From assembly GCF_001194135.2 (NCBI RefSeq), contig NC_068983.1:3758964-3822963 (forward strand): a DNA stretch of 64,000 nucleotides, given 5' to 3'. Shown in pieces: positions 47,221 to 60,818 of this stretch (position 1 is its first letter; every line of letters begins with the position of its first letter). Both the position numbers and the translations under genes were made by a program. The DNA is from Octopus bimaculoides. Taxonomy: Eukaryota. The notes below the pieces were generated by a model that had not been told where the DNA came from, searched no databases, and was given only the letters and a program-made list of their open reading frames with translations.

Positions 47221-50200
47221 TTCTTTTTCCTCCATAAATCTTCTCTCTTTCTTTTTCTATTTTATTCTCTTCTTCGCTTCCCTTCTCCTCCAACTACACC
47301 TCCACAACCTCTGTAGTCTCTCTCCATTTTTTATCTCTACTTCCTTATAATGTTGGAACACCATTATAACTGACATCCATCTATTAATTAACCCGGTTAA
47401 CGAGGATACAGGATTAGTCCAATTATAATTCTTTTAACATTTAATGATGATTCCCACATAAGCAGAGAAAGAGCACTGTCTTTCTCTTCTCAGGGAAACA
47501 TAACTAAAAAACAAACAAAAAACAAAGAGCAAACAACAATTTTCCTCTTATTCCCATTAAACATCCCTCCCTCCCTCTCTGTGCCATCAATGTTCCACTC
47601 TTCTCTATCTCTCTCTGACTACCCAGCCTCTTTAGCTCCCACCCCACATAATCAGTCGCCCTCTCATCTTTCACTATTTTCTTCTCTCCCTCCCTCCTCA
47701 CTACACAGCTATCTTTCCCCCACTCTCATTTTCTGTTAGCTCCTCTTCTTCCCTCTCTCTTACACTCCTACACTTCTATTCATGGACATTAAACAATTAT
47801 ATGTGTGTGTGCCCCTGACAGGCTCCTGTGCCAGTGGCATCATGTGAATGTAGCCAATCCCAGTGCCCCCTAATTGGCTCCCGTGCTGGTGACATGTAAA
47901 AAGCACCATGCAAATATGGTCGATGTCAGCGCCCCTGACTGGCTCCCGTGCTGGTGACATGTAAGAAGTACCTGCTACACTCTCGGAGTGGTTGGCATTA
48001 GGAAGGGCATCCAGCTGTAGAAGCCTTGCCAGATCAGATTGGAGCCTGGTGCAGCCTTCTGGCTTGTCAGTCCTCAGTCAAACCGTCCAACCCATGCCAG
48101 CATGGAAAACGGATGTTAAACGAACGATGATGATAATCAAGGATAAAATCTGTAGAGGATTTTATCAAGTAACTAGTATGTAAAAAAACCATTTAGGTAA
48201 AAATTAATACAATGTATTTCACTTTTAATACGCAGTATCATCATCAACATCGTTTAACGTCCACTTTCCATGCTGGCATGGGTTGGACGGTTTGACTGTG
48301 GTGTGGAGAGCCAGGAGGCTGTACCAAACTCCAATCTGATCTGGTAATGTTTCTACAGCTGGATACCCTTCCTAATGCCAACCAGTCCAAGAGTGCAGTG
48401 GGTGCTTTCTACGTGCCACCGACACAGGGGCTAGTCAGAGGATACTGGCATCGGCCACATTCGAATGGTACTTTTTACATGCCACGGGTATGTATCTATA
48501 TATAGAACATACCCTCCTATCCCTTCTGTACTACTTACCCCTTACCACTGTGGGTAGACCTCCAATACATCTCCAACACCTATTTCTCTCTCTCTCTCCT
48601 CCGACTGTTCCTCTATCTTTCTAATTTTCTTCCACCATCCCCGTCCCTCGTCCTACTGGACTTGCCAAGGATCTCCTCTACAGAAAGGTAACCATCTTGG
48701 TCCCTTTCTCATACTCCAAGCTCTTACATGACATACAGCTACATCTCTTCGTTCCACTCCCCCTCTCAACTAAGAGGTCCTTTGTTTTGCAAGTTATTTG
48801 GCAACCCCGCGGATGCTGGTGTCATGCAAAGAGCACCCAGTATGCTCTGTAAAGTGGTTGGCTTTAGGAAGGGCATCCATGTCAAGAAACCATTTAACGT
48901 GCTGGCATGGGTTGGATAGTTTGACAGGATGATGATGATGATGATTTTAAGATCCATCAAGCCAAGAGAAAACATAATAGTGACCGATGCCAGTGCTGCC
49001 TACTTGGCACCTGTGCCGGTGGCACATAAAAAAAAACCCTTGACTTTTCTCTATATACCATGCTTGAGAAGACCTGTCAAACCAAGTGAAAATGTAGTCA
49101 TGGCTGATGCTAGTGTCGCCCACATGGCGCCATATAAAAAGCATTGATGTTGGTGCCACGAAAAAAGCACTGGTGTTAGTGTCATGTAAAAAGCACTCAG
49201 CACACTCTGTAAAGTGGTTGGCATGAGGAAGGGCCTCCTGCCATAAAAAAAAAACAGACAATGGAGCCTAGTGCAGCCCCTGACCTTACCAGCTCCTGTC
49301 AAACCATCTAACCCATGCTAGCATGGAAAATGGATGTTAAATGATGATGACAATGTCTATCAGGTTTAGCACCCAACTATGTAACAGTTTGCATGTTACC
49401 AGTTAGCCTCACCACCAGCCTTACATAAAGAACAACAGACATAAACTTTCCATTTGGCAACTTTGTTATTGTAAATTTTCGACCAAACACCAAAAGTCAG
49501 TTTCCTGGGGAAATCCACTTTACACATTGGATGTTAGCCTCATTCAGGTCTCTTACATTTTTCATCCATCCACTTCCTTTATTTTTCTTTTTTCCATTCC
49601 CCCCCCTCTCTCTCTCTTCTGTCCATTATTATCATTATTATAATTATAATTATTATTATTCATTCACCTCCTCCCCACATCTTCAAATTTTTGCTTCTTT
49701 ATTATCATCTCTCACTCTTATATACATACATCAGCATCATAATCGTTTAACGTCCTCCTCCCATGCTGGCATGGGTCGGACAGTTTGACAAGAGCCGGCC
49801 AGGCAGGAGCCTGCACCAGACTTCTGTGTCTGTTTTGGCAGGTTTTTAATGGCTGGGTGCCCTTCCTAACACCAACCACCCAGCAGAATGGACTGAGTGC
49901 TTTTTATGTGGCACCTGCACAAGCAAGGTCAGTTTTGGCAAGGTTTTCACAGCTGGATGCCCTTCTGAACACACACACATATATACATATATAAAATATC
50001 ATTTATGCAACGCTATGCACTCATTTTCTTTTTACCCATTTCTAGAATATTCTTGGAATATTTTTTGTGTGATGTCTGTTTCTGTCTCTTTCTTTGCCTC
50101 ACTTTTGCTTTCCTCTCTCCCTTTCCCTCTGTAATACTTTTTTCTGTCCCTCTGCCCTCCACGACCCTTTCTCTCTCCTCCCTTTATCACACGACCCATG

Positions 50201-50877
50201 ACCATCTGAACCTTTTTCATTCTTTTTCTGCTTTGCTTTTACCAGCACACTAATTTAAAAAATCATGGTAGAGGCCTTGGTCTCGGAGACCACTCATGTC
50301 TAGAAGCTGAGGTTGGGGTTAAGCAAGGGCATGCTCCCCGGAGAAAATCCAGCACCAAAAGAAAAAGCCTCATGATAGCAAAGGAGAATGGGCACCAGCC
50401 AACCCAAAGGTTGGGGTGGGCTGCACCTGCCTACCTCAGTTACTATGGCATTGAGGTAGGTCCGGCCACCCCCGTTAACAGGGACAAAACCTGGATTTAA
50501 AACACTGGCTGATGATGATGATGATGATGTTGACCAGGTCGGTCGCGCTTCTTTGTGTTCCTTCATGATTTGTTTATTTCTTCCTTTGTTCTGACTTTCT
50601 ATCTGCCCCTTCTGAATGGGAGAAGAGGAAGGAGAGTAAAAGGCAGGAAGGGGGGGGATTCAGGTGGTCTAGAGAGGGGGGGGGGCAAAGGAAGAAGTGA
50701 TAGGAAGCAAGGTGGGAGAGGGAAGGAGGTGAATAATCAAGGGATAGACTAGAAGTAAACGTGGAGATGAGAAATCTCCAAACACTGTGCTGACAGTGTT
50801 GATGACAAGACAAACTCTGTAGGAAATTGACATTGGACAAGAAGGGAAGAATAAAAAAAAAATATTGAAATAATTAC

Positions 50878-50973
50878 CTTCAAATCAATAAGACGTGTCT
50901 TAACGAGAGTTGTATATTCAGAGTACACTTCAGAACATTGTGCAGGTACAAAAGGAGCTTTCATGAGGTGTGC
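50878..50973 (-). CDS. FANCA: FANCA exon k (96 nt, 0-0)
   Basis: gctcag|...|gtaatt; AHLMKAPFVPAQCSEVYSEYTTLVKTRLIDLK. Confidence 0.92.
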
Positions 50974-51147
50974 CTGAGCAACAAGAGTAAGAAAAATATA
51001 TTAAAGAATAACTTTTTATGAGTGTTGGAACAGATCATCGTTTAACGTCAGCTTTCCATGCTGGGACAGAGGTAATCTTCTGACCATTGAAGGGATACTT
51101 GGCAACCTCAGTAGGACAAGGAAGGAGAGAAAGAGAGAGACAGTCAA

Positions 51148-51198
<51 letters not shown>

Positions 51199-51989
51199 AA
51201 GAGAAAGAGAGAGAGAGAGAGGGCCTGCCCACGGGGAAAAGTTGGGAAATAATACTACAATTATATATATATCCTCACAGAAGCAATGAAAAAAAGACCG
51301 AGACCTCTTGAGGTATGCTGTGACTGAGAAGACCCGGCAAATAAAGTGAGTCCACAGCTGTAACCTATACCAGTGTTATATAACCAGCCCACTCAAAAGT
51401 ACCTTGGATCATAGGGCGACATGCCGTGCTTGAGGAGACCTATTGAGTCAAGTACATCAAAATCAAATCAAATCAAATGGAAATTGTAGTTGTGATCCCC
51501 GTGCCGGTGGCTCGTAAAAAGCACCATTTGATCGTGGCCAATGCCAGCGCCACCTTGACTGCCTTCTGTGCCGGTGGCATGTAAAAAGCACCATCCGAAC
51601 ATGGCTGATGCCAGCGCCACCTTGACTGGCTTCTGTGCCAGTAGCACATAAAAAGCTCCATCTGATCGTGGTCGATGCCAGTTCCCTCTGGCTCCTGTGC
51701 TGGTGGCACGTAAAAAAGCACCCACTAGACTCCCAGAGTGGTTGGAATTAGGAAGGGCATCCAGCTATAAAAACACTGCCAGATCAGACTGGAGTCTGGT
51801 GCGGCCTCCTGGCTTCCCAGACCCCAGTCGAACCAACCCACCCATGCCAGCATGGACAACAGACATTAATCGATACTGCTGCTGCTGATGATGACATAAA
51901 TCCTCTCCACACACACACACACACACATATATATATACCGTATAGTATTTATCATATACAATTTTCATTGATTCCTAAACTGAACTCAC

Positions 51990-52100
51990 CTTCAGATGAA
52001 TTGCAGATTCAACGGGTACCAAATCAGACAACAGTTTGATAAGAAAGGTGAAACTTTTCTGGCTGTTTGCAATCGACTTATTTGAAGAACCAAATGTTAG
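51990..52100 (-). CDS. FANCA: FANCA exon j (111 nt, 0-0)
   Basis: ttgcag|...|gtgagt; LTFGSSNKSIANSQKSFTFLIKLLSDLVPVESAIHLK. Confidence 0.92.
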
Positions 52101-52350
52101 CTGCAACAAAGAAAAACAGGAACATTCTAGATTAATTTCTTCTGGCAAAATTTTTGTTTGTTTGTTAATGTTTCATAAACATTATTAAGAGGTTGCCGAG
52201 TAAGAGAACAATCCATGATGGGGGTACGATATGTTTGGAGAGGAGGGGTTAATTGGCAATCCTTCGGTTACGATGACAAGAGTTCCAGTTGATCTGCTCA
52301 ATGCAACAACCTGCTCTTGAAATTAACATGCCTTAATAATAACAACAATC

Positions 52351-52383
<33 letters not shown>

Positions 52384-52389
52384 GATGAA

Positions 52390-52712
52390 CAAAAGGCAAA
52401 GTTGAGAGATATGACAGGTTAGCTTGGGAAGTTAAACAGTTGTGATTGATGAAAAAGGTGGTAGTAGTACCAGTAATTGTCGGAGCCCTGAGAACAGTGA
52501 GTAGAAATCTTGAGAAGTACATGGAACAAATAGGGGCTGCAATAAGGGTGGAGCACTTGCAGAAAACAGCACTGCTTGGAACCACTCGAATACTCCGGAT
52601 GGTGCTCGAAAAATAAGGGGTGTTACCTTAGTTCACTGGTAGTGAACAGCTGACACCGTAGTACATCTCCAGCGCTAGAAGCTGTGCAAAGATAATAATA
52701 ATAATAATAATG
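52390..52712 (+). mobile_element. R4/Dong-type (RLE) non-LTR 3' end
   Basis: KVERYDRLAWEVKQL*...VVVPVIVGALRTVSRNLEKYMEQIG...LQKTALLGTTRILRMVLEK*, short 3' UTR and (ATA)n tail. Confidence 0.85.
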
Positions 52713-52722
52713 TGGAACATAC

Positions 52723-52856
52723 CTCGACCCATTCAGGGTATGAAGGGAAGACGTGAGGCCCTTCAAAGCAAGCTTGTCGGGCAAAGAGAAGTGCAGATAT
52801 GGAACTCTCAACCTCCAGATTTTCCAATCCTTGTTTTAGCATTTCATTGACAGAAC
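52723..52856 (-). CDS. FANCA: FANCA exon i (134 nt, 1-0)
   Basis: ctttag|...|gtatgt; SVNEMLKQGLENLEVESSISALLFARQACFEGPHVFPSYPEWVE. Confidence 0.93.
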
Positions 52857-53348
52857 CTAAAGAAATAAAGGTCTTATTTATGATGATGACGATGATGATA
52901 TATCTATATATAAGCAGTTGTCATCACTAACCAGCATCAACTTCCATTTACATCAGGTAGAATGACAGGTGTACAGCACAAACCAATCGATTATCAATGT
53001 CCTAACTTCACCAGTAGTTGTGGACTCACTGAGTTCTATCAGTCTAGTTCTGAAAGGACATCACTGGTTCACCCCACCCACTGACCCAGTTCCCATACAA
53101 TGACAACATTGGATCTATTCACTAATCAAAACTTAACACAGTTATTCATTCTAGTGCAGGCATGGCTGTGTGGTAAGAAGATTGCTTCCTAACCACATGG
53201 TTCTAGGTTCAGTCCCACTGCATAGCATCTTGCGCAAGTGTCTTCTACTATAGCCTCGGACCGACCAAAGCCTTGCGAGTGGATTTGGTAGACAGAAACT
53301 GAAAGAAGCCCATCGTGTGTGTGTATATATGCATGTGTGCATACACAT

Positions 53349-53380
<32 letters not shown>

Positions 53381-53660
53381 NNNNNNNNNNNNNNNNNNNN
53401 NNNNNNNNNNNNNNNNNNNNNNNNNNNNNNNNNNNNNNNNNNNNNNNNNNNNNNNNNNNNNNNNNNNNNNNNNNNNNNNNNNNNNNNNNNNNNNNNNNNN
53501 NNNNNNNNNNNNNNNNNNNNNNNNNNNNNNNNNNNNNNNNNNNNNNNNNNNNNNNNNNNNNNNNNNNNNNNNNNNNNNNNNNNNNNNNNNNNNNNNNNNN
53601 NNNNNNNNNNNNNNNNNNNNNNNNNNNNNNNNNNNNNNNNNNNNNNNNNNNNNNNNNNNN

Positions 53661-53697
<37 letters not shown>

Positions 53698-53999
53698 GTG
53701 TGTGTGTGCTCCCGCCATTGCTTGACAACAGATGTTGATGTGTTTATGTCCCTGAAACCTAGTGGTTCAGCAAAAGAGAACGATAGAATAAGTACTAGGC
53801 TAATAAAGAATAAGTCCTCGGGTTGATTTCTTTGGCTAAAGGTGGTGTTCCAGCATGGCCACAGTGAAATGACTGAAACATGTAAAAGACTAAAAGAGTC
53901 AACACACACTCTACTTTGAAAGTTCTCCAGTTGAAAAAAAAAGGTACAACAATTCAAAATTCAAAAATTCCCAGTTTTATCAAAATCTCTTCAACTTAC

Positions 54000-54141
54000 T
54001 TTTCAAAAGTCTTGGAGCAGTTTGGAAGCAGATGAGGAATGTGGAAGTAAAACTCAGCAAGGTGCACCAGTTGAAGTCATCTGCTTCTAAAAGACTTTGG
54101 ATAACACTGAGGACAGCATTAGCATCCAAAACAGCAAAGAA
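54000..54141 (-). CDS. FANCA: FANCA exon h (142 nt, 0-1)
   Basis: ttacag|...|gtaagt; FFAVLDANAVLSVIQSLLEADDFNWCTLLSFTSTFLICFQTAPRLLK. Confidence 0.92.
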
Positions 54142-57060
54142 CTGTAAAAAGAACCAGAAGAGTCAAAAGACATTCTTGGAATACTGGAAGATAAAAATGG
54201 TGAAATGTTTAAATAAAGGGTTGGAATAAAAAAAAAGACAAAATCGTTGATTTGTTCCAATACTCATTGATAGGGGGAGATGTAAAGGGAGCTCTGTGGG
54301 TGAAGTCTCTGGATAAGGCTTCCCAACGAATTCCCAATGGCGAGGGAAGAGGAACCTGCTGACCTAGTCAATGACCGAGTATTTGGGGGCCAAGGCGGAT
54401 GGTTGTGGTTAACAGCCTGGAGAGAAATGGGCACTGCTGAGCTAATGTGTCTATGATACATTCATGGTGTGATAATCAGACTAGAATCCATATCAGGTCA
54501 GTCATTACCACGGGTCAACATCAAAGAGTAGACAGGCCTCAATTTTGCTGACTCACAGAAATCCATTAGGAGTGGTGAAATCTGCTGGTGATGTCATCAA
54601 TGAATGCTCCAACAACCATCCAATCAAAGGATAGGAAGGAAGGCAGGCTATACACACACACACACACACATTGTCTATGTTAACAACTGTCATTAATGCT
54701 AATGAGTATTTTCATTATGAGTGTTGTTTCAATTAATTAAATGTTAATTAACTACATTAAGTTTGTTACCACTGAATAATGCACATTATTTTGGCATTTT
54801 AATATTTGTATCTGAATTCTTAGATTTAAAAGAAATGCCATAAAACCAAGAAATCCTAAAAGCCATTAGTGACACAAGACTAATGAGTAAAATAACATTT
54901 TATATCAGTATTTCCAAAAACTACACTTTACTACCCTTATCTCATCATCATTTAATGTCTGTTGTCCATGGGCTAACCAAGGCTGGTAAGCTGCACCAGA
55001 CTCTAGTCTGATTTGGCATGCTTTCTATGGCTGGATGCCTCCTTCCTTATGCCAACCACTTTATAGAGTGTGTGCTGGGTACTTTTACATGGCACCACAT
55101 GGGCACTTTTATGTGGAACCACACAGTATAACATTAAGAAATGTTGGTGAAAAATTTCGTAATTATCTCACAATCATAAAGTTTTATTTTTTTTAAGATT
55201 CCAAAGATTCCAAGACTGTAAGACACAAATGGTCAGACTTTACATCTCACAATGTAATTAACATATTGAAGTTAATTCAGGTAGGATACTCATAATTGTC
55301 ATAATTTAACATTTAATGTTCCATGTTGGTATGAATTAAAAGGTTTGACAGGATCTGACGGGGTCTGAAGACTGCATTGTGCGTCAATGTCTGCTTTGGC
55401 AGGGTTTTTATGGCTGGATGTCCTTCGTAATGCCTGTGTTAGTACCATGTAAAAGCACCCAGTCCACACTGTAAAGTGGTCGGCACTAGGAAGGGCAGCC
55501 AGCTGAAGGAACCATGCCAAAACAAACAATGGAACCTGGTATAGCTCTCCAGCCTTGCCAGCTCCCTCCAAACTGTCCAACCCATGCCAGCATGGAAAAT
55601 GGATGTTAAAGGATGTTGATAATCTACTAAATGTACCAGGTGCTTTTTTTTTTTATGCCATCACTAGTGACATTACCAAGCAGCCTGAAGGACTAAGATC
55701 CTCTTTGACTGAGTAGGGTTACAGTAAAAAGGAAGGTGGTTTTTATGCTATGGAGAAGATGGGTTAAAGTATGGGAGAAAAGCCCAGAACAGAACAAGTT
55801 TCTTGTAGAGGTTATTCACGCTATAGAAAGGAGGATAGAAGTGACGAGGGTGAAGCTGGAAAGAGAAGAAAAATAATGATACTGAGGGGTGAGGATGGCT
55901 CTTGAGGAACAAGGTCAGCAGAAGCAACTGGGCACAGGAACTCTCGTCAAATACTTGGCCCCCTTCTCATTTGCTTTTGCAATGCTAGTAAGGGTTAGAT
56001 GAGTATTTTATGGTTGGATGCTCTTCCTGTTGCTAACTGCGTTTCACAAGTAAGGGATCTCATATTTCATGTCTTCAAAGGTGCAAAACCAGCAAACAGT
56101 TTGTTGGGAAGGAAAATGACAACATCACTGCTTCTATTTCATAGAACCTCACAGAAACACACAATCACCATTATCATCATCATCATCATCATCATTACCA
56201 TGCTTGCATTGTAGCTATAACAGAAGACCCTTGCCCAAGATGGAGTGCAGTGGGACTGAACCTGAAACAAGATTCACCATCATCATCGTTTAACATCCAT
56301 TTTCCAGGCTGGCATGGGTTGGACAGTTTAACAGGAACTGCACCAGATTCCATAGTTGTTTTTGGCCTGGTTTCTACCCCTGGATGCCCCTCCTAACCCC
56401 AACCACTCTACAGAATGTACTGGGTGCTTTTTTTACATGGCACCAGCTCCAACAGGGACACTAAGTACCTTGCAAAGACAAAAAAATCTGAACTGGGATT
56501 GGGAAGTGAATTTGTCAACACCACAGCAATGTTTACACCTATCTTTGATACTGCTGAATTGTTGAAGACTAGTCACTTGGATTAATTTTCACCAGAAAGC
56601 ACCATTCGAGTGTGGTCGTTGCCAGTGCCACCTGACTGGCCCTCATGCCGGTGGCACATAAAAAGCACCCACTACACTGGTTGGTGTTAGGAAGAGCATC
56701 TAGCTGTAGAAACTTTGCCAGATCAGATTGGAGCCTGGTGCAGCCTTCTGGTTTGCCAGCACTCAGTCAAACCCATGCCAGCATGGAAAACAGATGTTAA
56801 ATAAGGAGGATGATGAGGATGAGGATGAGGGTGAGGGTGGTGGTGGTGGTGGTGCTGCTGCTGCTGATGATGATGACGACGATGATGGCGATGATGACGA
56901 TGAATGATGGCAAGGAGATATTAATTTGTACCAGGCCATTCCTAATGTGTAGTTTAAGATTTTAAGGAGAAAAATCAAAATGCCTTTAGCAGAATATGAA
57001 CAAAATATTGCAGGTAAAAAGGACCAGCAATCTCAAATTAAATAGCTTTATAAAACATAC

Positions 57061-57137
57061 CTGTTTGAAGAAGGCTCTCCTAAAAGGGGTCAACTTGCTG
57101 TAGGTCCATTGCTCTTGGTGCTTCACTGCATCTGACA
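57061..57137 (-). CDS. FANCA: FANCA exon g (77 nt, 1-0)
   Basis: atttag|...|gtatgt; SDAVKHQEQWTYSKLTPFRRAFFKQ, similar to human SDAVQMQREWSFART. Confidence 0.9.
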
Positions 57138-59119
57138 CTAAATAAATGATTAAATCACTGAAATAGCTTTAAATAGATTGGAATAATTTAACAAGCAATT
57201 TAATGAGAACCTAACATATCAGTTAAAATCGTGTTAAAGGCTTTTATTAGGATATTTCTGCTGAAATGTGCTCTCTTTGTTTCAAGTTTGAAAATAATGA
57301 GGAATTTAATAAAATAATTGTCATTATTAAGATGGTGTTTGGAACATAATCTGAAATTTTGATGGAAGATTTTAATTAAGATCACTTTAACTCTTTTGTT
57401 ACCATATTTGTGTTGAAATGTACTGCTTTTGTCTCAATTAATTTTGAAAATAATGACGACTATAGTAAAGCTGGGGTTTGGAATACAGCCTGAAATTTGA
57501 CAGGTTTTCATTTAAATCACTTTAAAACAGTAAGTTTGTGTCATAGGCCCAGGGGCAGTCAAAAGTGGATTCTATATCATCATCGATATCTAATGCCTGT
57601 CTTTTATACTGGCATGGGTTGGACGGTTTGACAGGAAATGGTAAGCCAGAGGACAGCACTTAGCTTCATTCTCTGCTTTGGCACAGTTTTTACAGGTGTT
57701 GGGCCTCATGGAGGCAATGACCGAGACCTTTGGCATTATGTTGTGCGTGAGAAAAAAACCCATCAAGCTGAGCAAAATCGCAGTCATGGCAGATACTGGT
57801 GTCATGCAGATTGGCATCTGTGCCAGTGGCATGTAAAAGCACCCTGGTGTCACCAAACGGTACCTGTGCCGGTAGCACATAAAAGCACCCGTTACATTCT
57901 CGGAGTGGTTGGTGTTAGGAAGGGCATCCAGCTGTTGAAAACCATGCTAAATCAGACTGGAGCCTGGTGCAGCCTTCCAGCTTACCAGCCTCAGTCAACA
58001 GCCCATGGATAACAGACGTTAAATGATGATGATGATTATGATGCCTCTCCCTAATGTTAACCACTTTACATATGTCATAAAAAGGTGTATTGTGGAACTC
58101 TGCGATTAATATCATAGACGTAGCACCACAATGAAATAAAAGGTTATAGGTGTTTGTATCTAGCAAATTCTGAGACGTGTGGAAGATGCCAAGAAAACCG
58201 AGGTAAAAGCAATGTATGTACATATAGGTATTTGTGAATACATATATGCCAGTACCCACTGACTGGACCCTGTGCCGGTGGTGCATAAAAAGCACTATAT
58301 GAATGTGATCAATGCCAGGCCCCTGTGCCAGTGGCATGTAAAAATCACCCACTACACTCTCTGAGTTGTTGACGTTAGGAAGGGCATCCAGCTGTAGAAG
58401 CTTTGACAGATCGGATTGGAGCCTGGTGCAGCCTCCTGGCTCTCTAGACATCAGCCAAACTGTCCAACCCATGCCAGCATGGAAAATGGACGTTAAACAA
58501 TGATGATGATGAATGTGTGTTTGGAAAAATGTCAGAACGAGGAGCATAGAAACTACTAAAATGAGAGAGAGAGAGAGAGAGNNNNNNNNNNNNNNNNNNN
58601 NNNNNNNNNNNNNNNNNNNNNNNNNNNNNNNNNNNNNNNNNNNNNNNNNNNNNNNNNNNNNNNNNNNNNNNNNNNNNNNNNNNNNNNNNNNNNNNNNNNN
58701 NNNNNNNNNNNNNNNNNNNNNNNNNNNNNNNNNNNNNNNNNNNNNNNNNNNNNNNNNNNNNNNNNNNNNNNNNNNNNNNNNNNNNNNNNNNNNNNNNNNN
58801 NNNNNNNNNNNNNNNNNNNNNNNNNNNNNNNNNNNNNNNNNNNNNNNNNNNNNNNNNNNNNNNNNNNNNNNNNNNNNNNNNNNNNNNNNNNNNNNNNNNN
58901 NNNNNNNNNNNNNNNNNNNNNNNNNNNNNNNNNNNNNNNNNNNNNNNNNNNNNNNNNNNNNNNNNNNNNNNNNNNNNNNNNNNNNNNNNNNNNNNNNNNN
59001 NNNNNNNNNNNNNNNNNNNNNNNNNNNNNNNNNNNNNNNNNNNNNNNNNNNNNNNNNNNNNNNNNNNNNNNNNNGGAGAGAGAGAGGGAGGGAGAGAGGG
59101 AGGGAGAGAGAGAGGGAGG

Positions 59120-59168
<49 letters not shown>

Positions 59169-59246
59169 ATATTCTGGATTGGAAATGTTAAAGTAGTAAA
59201 ATGTAAGTAAAAGCAAGAAGATAAATGTTGTTTATCTGCTTCATAC

Positions 59247-59393
59247 CAGTGTAATCCGGTTTGAACCTGAAGAGAACGTTTAGCTGGTGGACGGCCATCT
59301 TTTGTAGAGAATCTAAATGAATTTGGTGATATTTTGAAGCGAGTTCAATAGGAAGGAGGGGAATAGAGCTGTCCGTTTCTCTTTTAGCAAAAC
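59247..59393 (-). CDS. FANCA: FANCA exon f (147 nt, 1-1)
   Basis: ctccag|...|gtatga; FAKRETDSSIPLLPIELASKYHQIHLDSLQKMAVHQLNVLFRFKPDYT. Confidence 0.8.
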
Positions 59394-59569
59394 CTGGAGA
59401 AAGACAAGAGAAAACATCAGCTTATATTGTGATTGTGCATTTGTATGTGTCAATATATTGTGAGTGAATTTGGTAGATGTAAACCGAATGGAAACCATCG
59501 TGTGTGCATATTAATAAAACTGCTGTAACTGACTATATGTATGTATGCACAAATATCGTGTCACGAACC

Positions 59570-60097
59570 TGGGTACCAAACTGTTAATCATTAACTAACG
59601 AAGTCAAAACTATTGAAAAGGTTACAAAATGAAACGAAGATTTTAGAAAAACGAAAAAGAAATAAGTGGAAATTTTACTGGTGAGTGTGTTAAAGTACTA
59701 AAAGAGAATATGTTTCAACACACAAACTCACATAAAGAATCTTGCAAACCAAATCCCAAAACGAAATAACAAAGTTAACATTTTCATTAATAATTTAACT
59801 TTTAAGTTAACTTTGGAAATCATTTTCAGAATAATTAACTTCCATTTCATTTAACTTCCGTTAATTCAAGTTAACTTCCATTTAATTGAAGTTAACAAAT
59901 TTTACAGTTTTGGCACTTTTTAAAGGTGTTTTTAGGTGGGTTTTAGAGCAAAAACTGGTTCTTTTGTTTCTTTTTTCTATAATAAAAATTAAGGTTAATA
60001 GTTTATCGATAACTTCCATTACATTTTTAAAGAATTAACTGATTAACAGTTATTGAAGTTAACTTTTTGGTTAACAGATTAACAGTGCCCACCTTTG
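59570..60097. mobile_element. Possible hAT-like non-autonomous element
   Basis: Right end reads CAAAGGTGGGCACTGTTAATCTGTTAAC on the minus strand; left part shares actgttaatc; repeated (aag)ttaacttc subterminal motifs. Confidence 0.4.
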
Positions 60098-60269
60098 GGG
60101 TGTCCAGTTGTCATTTTATATGAGAAACCTAACAGTGATAAACAGAGGTTGAGAAAATATTGGGTTTGATATGATAGACTCAAACCCTTGACTGTGATGC
60201 TGCAGTATGGCCAGACTTGTAAAAATAAAAAAACAAAAACTTAAAATAAAGCTGTATATGTTGCCTTAC

Positions 60270-60303
60270 CTTGTGTTATTAAAGTAAAAATGTTCAAAGA
60301 ATC
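60270..60303 (-). CDS. FANCA: FANCA exon e (34 nt, 0-1)
   Basis: acgcag|...|gtaagg; DSLNIFTLITQ. Confidence 0.75.
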
Positions 60304-60744
60304 CTGCGTAAGAAAATTAAGAAAAGTTAATTAGAAATTAAATGCATCGTTAATTAAAACCTTCAAAATATGAAAAAAAAGAGTTAAAAGCATTGCATTA
60401 CTAGATTGTAGTACATCGATCATGGGAAAGGATGAATTATGTTTGGTGGTGGCCTAGTGATGCAATCTCAGGCATGCAAATTTTCTTCATACATTTTATA
60501 TTTTACTTGTTCAGTCATTTGACTGCTGCCATGCTGGGGTACCACTTTAAAAATCTTTTAGTCAAATGAAGTGACTCCAGTGCATTTTTTTTTAAAGCCA
60601 GTGCTTTTTAAGTGGTACCAGCACGAATGCTTTTTACGTGGCACCATCAAGTGCTTTTTATGTGGAACCAGCACATCAAAAATAATGAAGAATAATAAAC
60701 TTCAATGTAAAGATGAAAGATTGTGTCAAAGAAATCTTTCTTAC

Positions 60745-60818
60745 CTGTTGAAGAATGGAAGTTTGCTGACAGGTACTGATGACAGGGAACGACTGGTTGA
60801 TAAGTATACCAGAAATAT
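60745..60818 (-). CDS. FANCA: FANCA exon d (74 nt, 1-0)
   Basis: ctgtag|...|gtaaga; ISGILINQSFPVISTCQQTSILQQ. Confidence 0.75.

Noticed and set aside
50761-50817. Alternative exon after FANCA exon k
   Set aside because: Needs a roughly 60-nt intron and a weak donor; 40497-40553 has better splice sites and the expected length.
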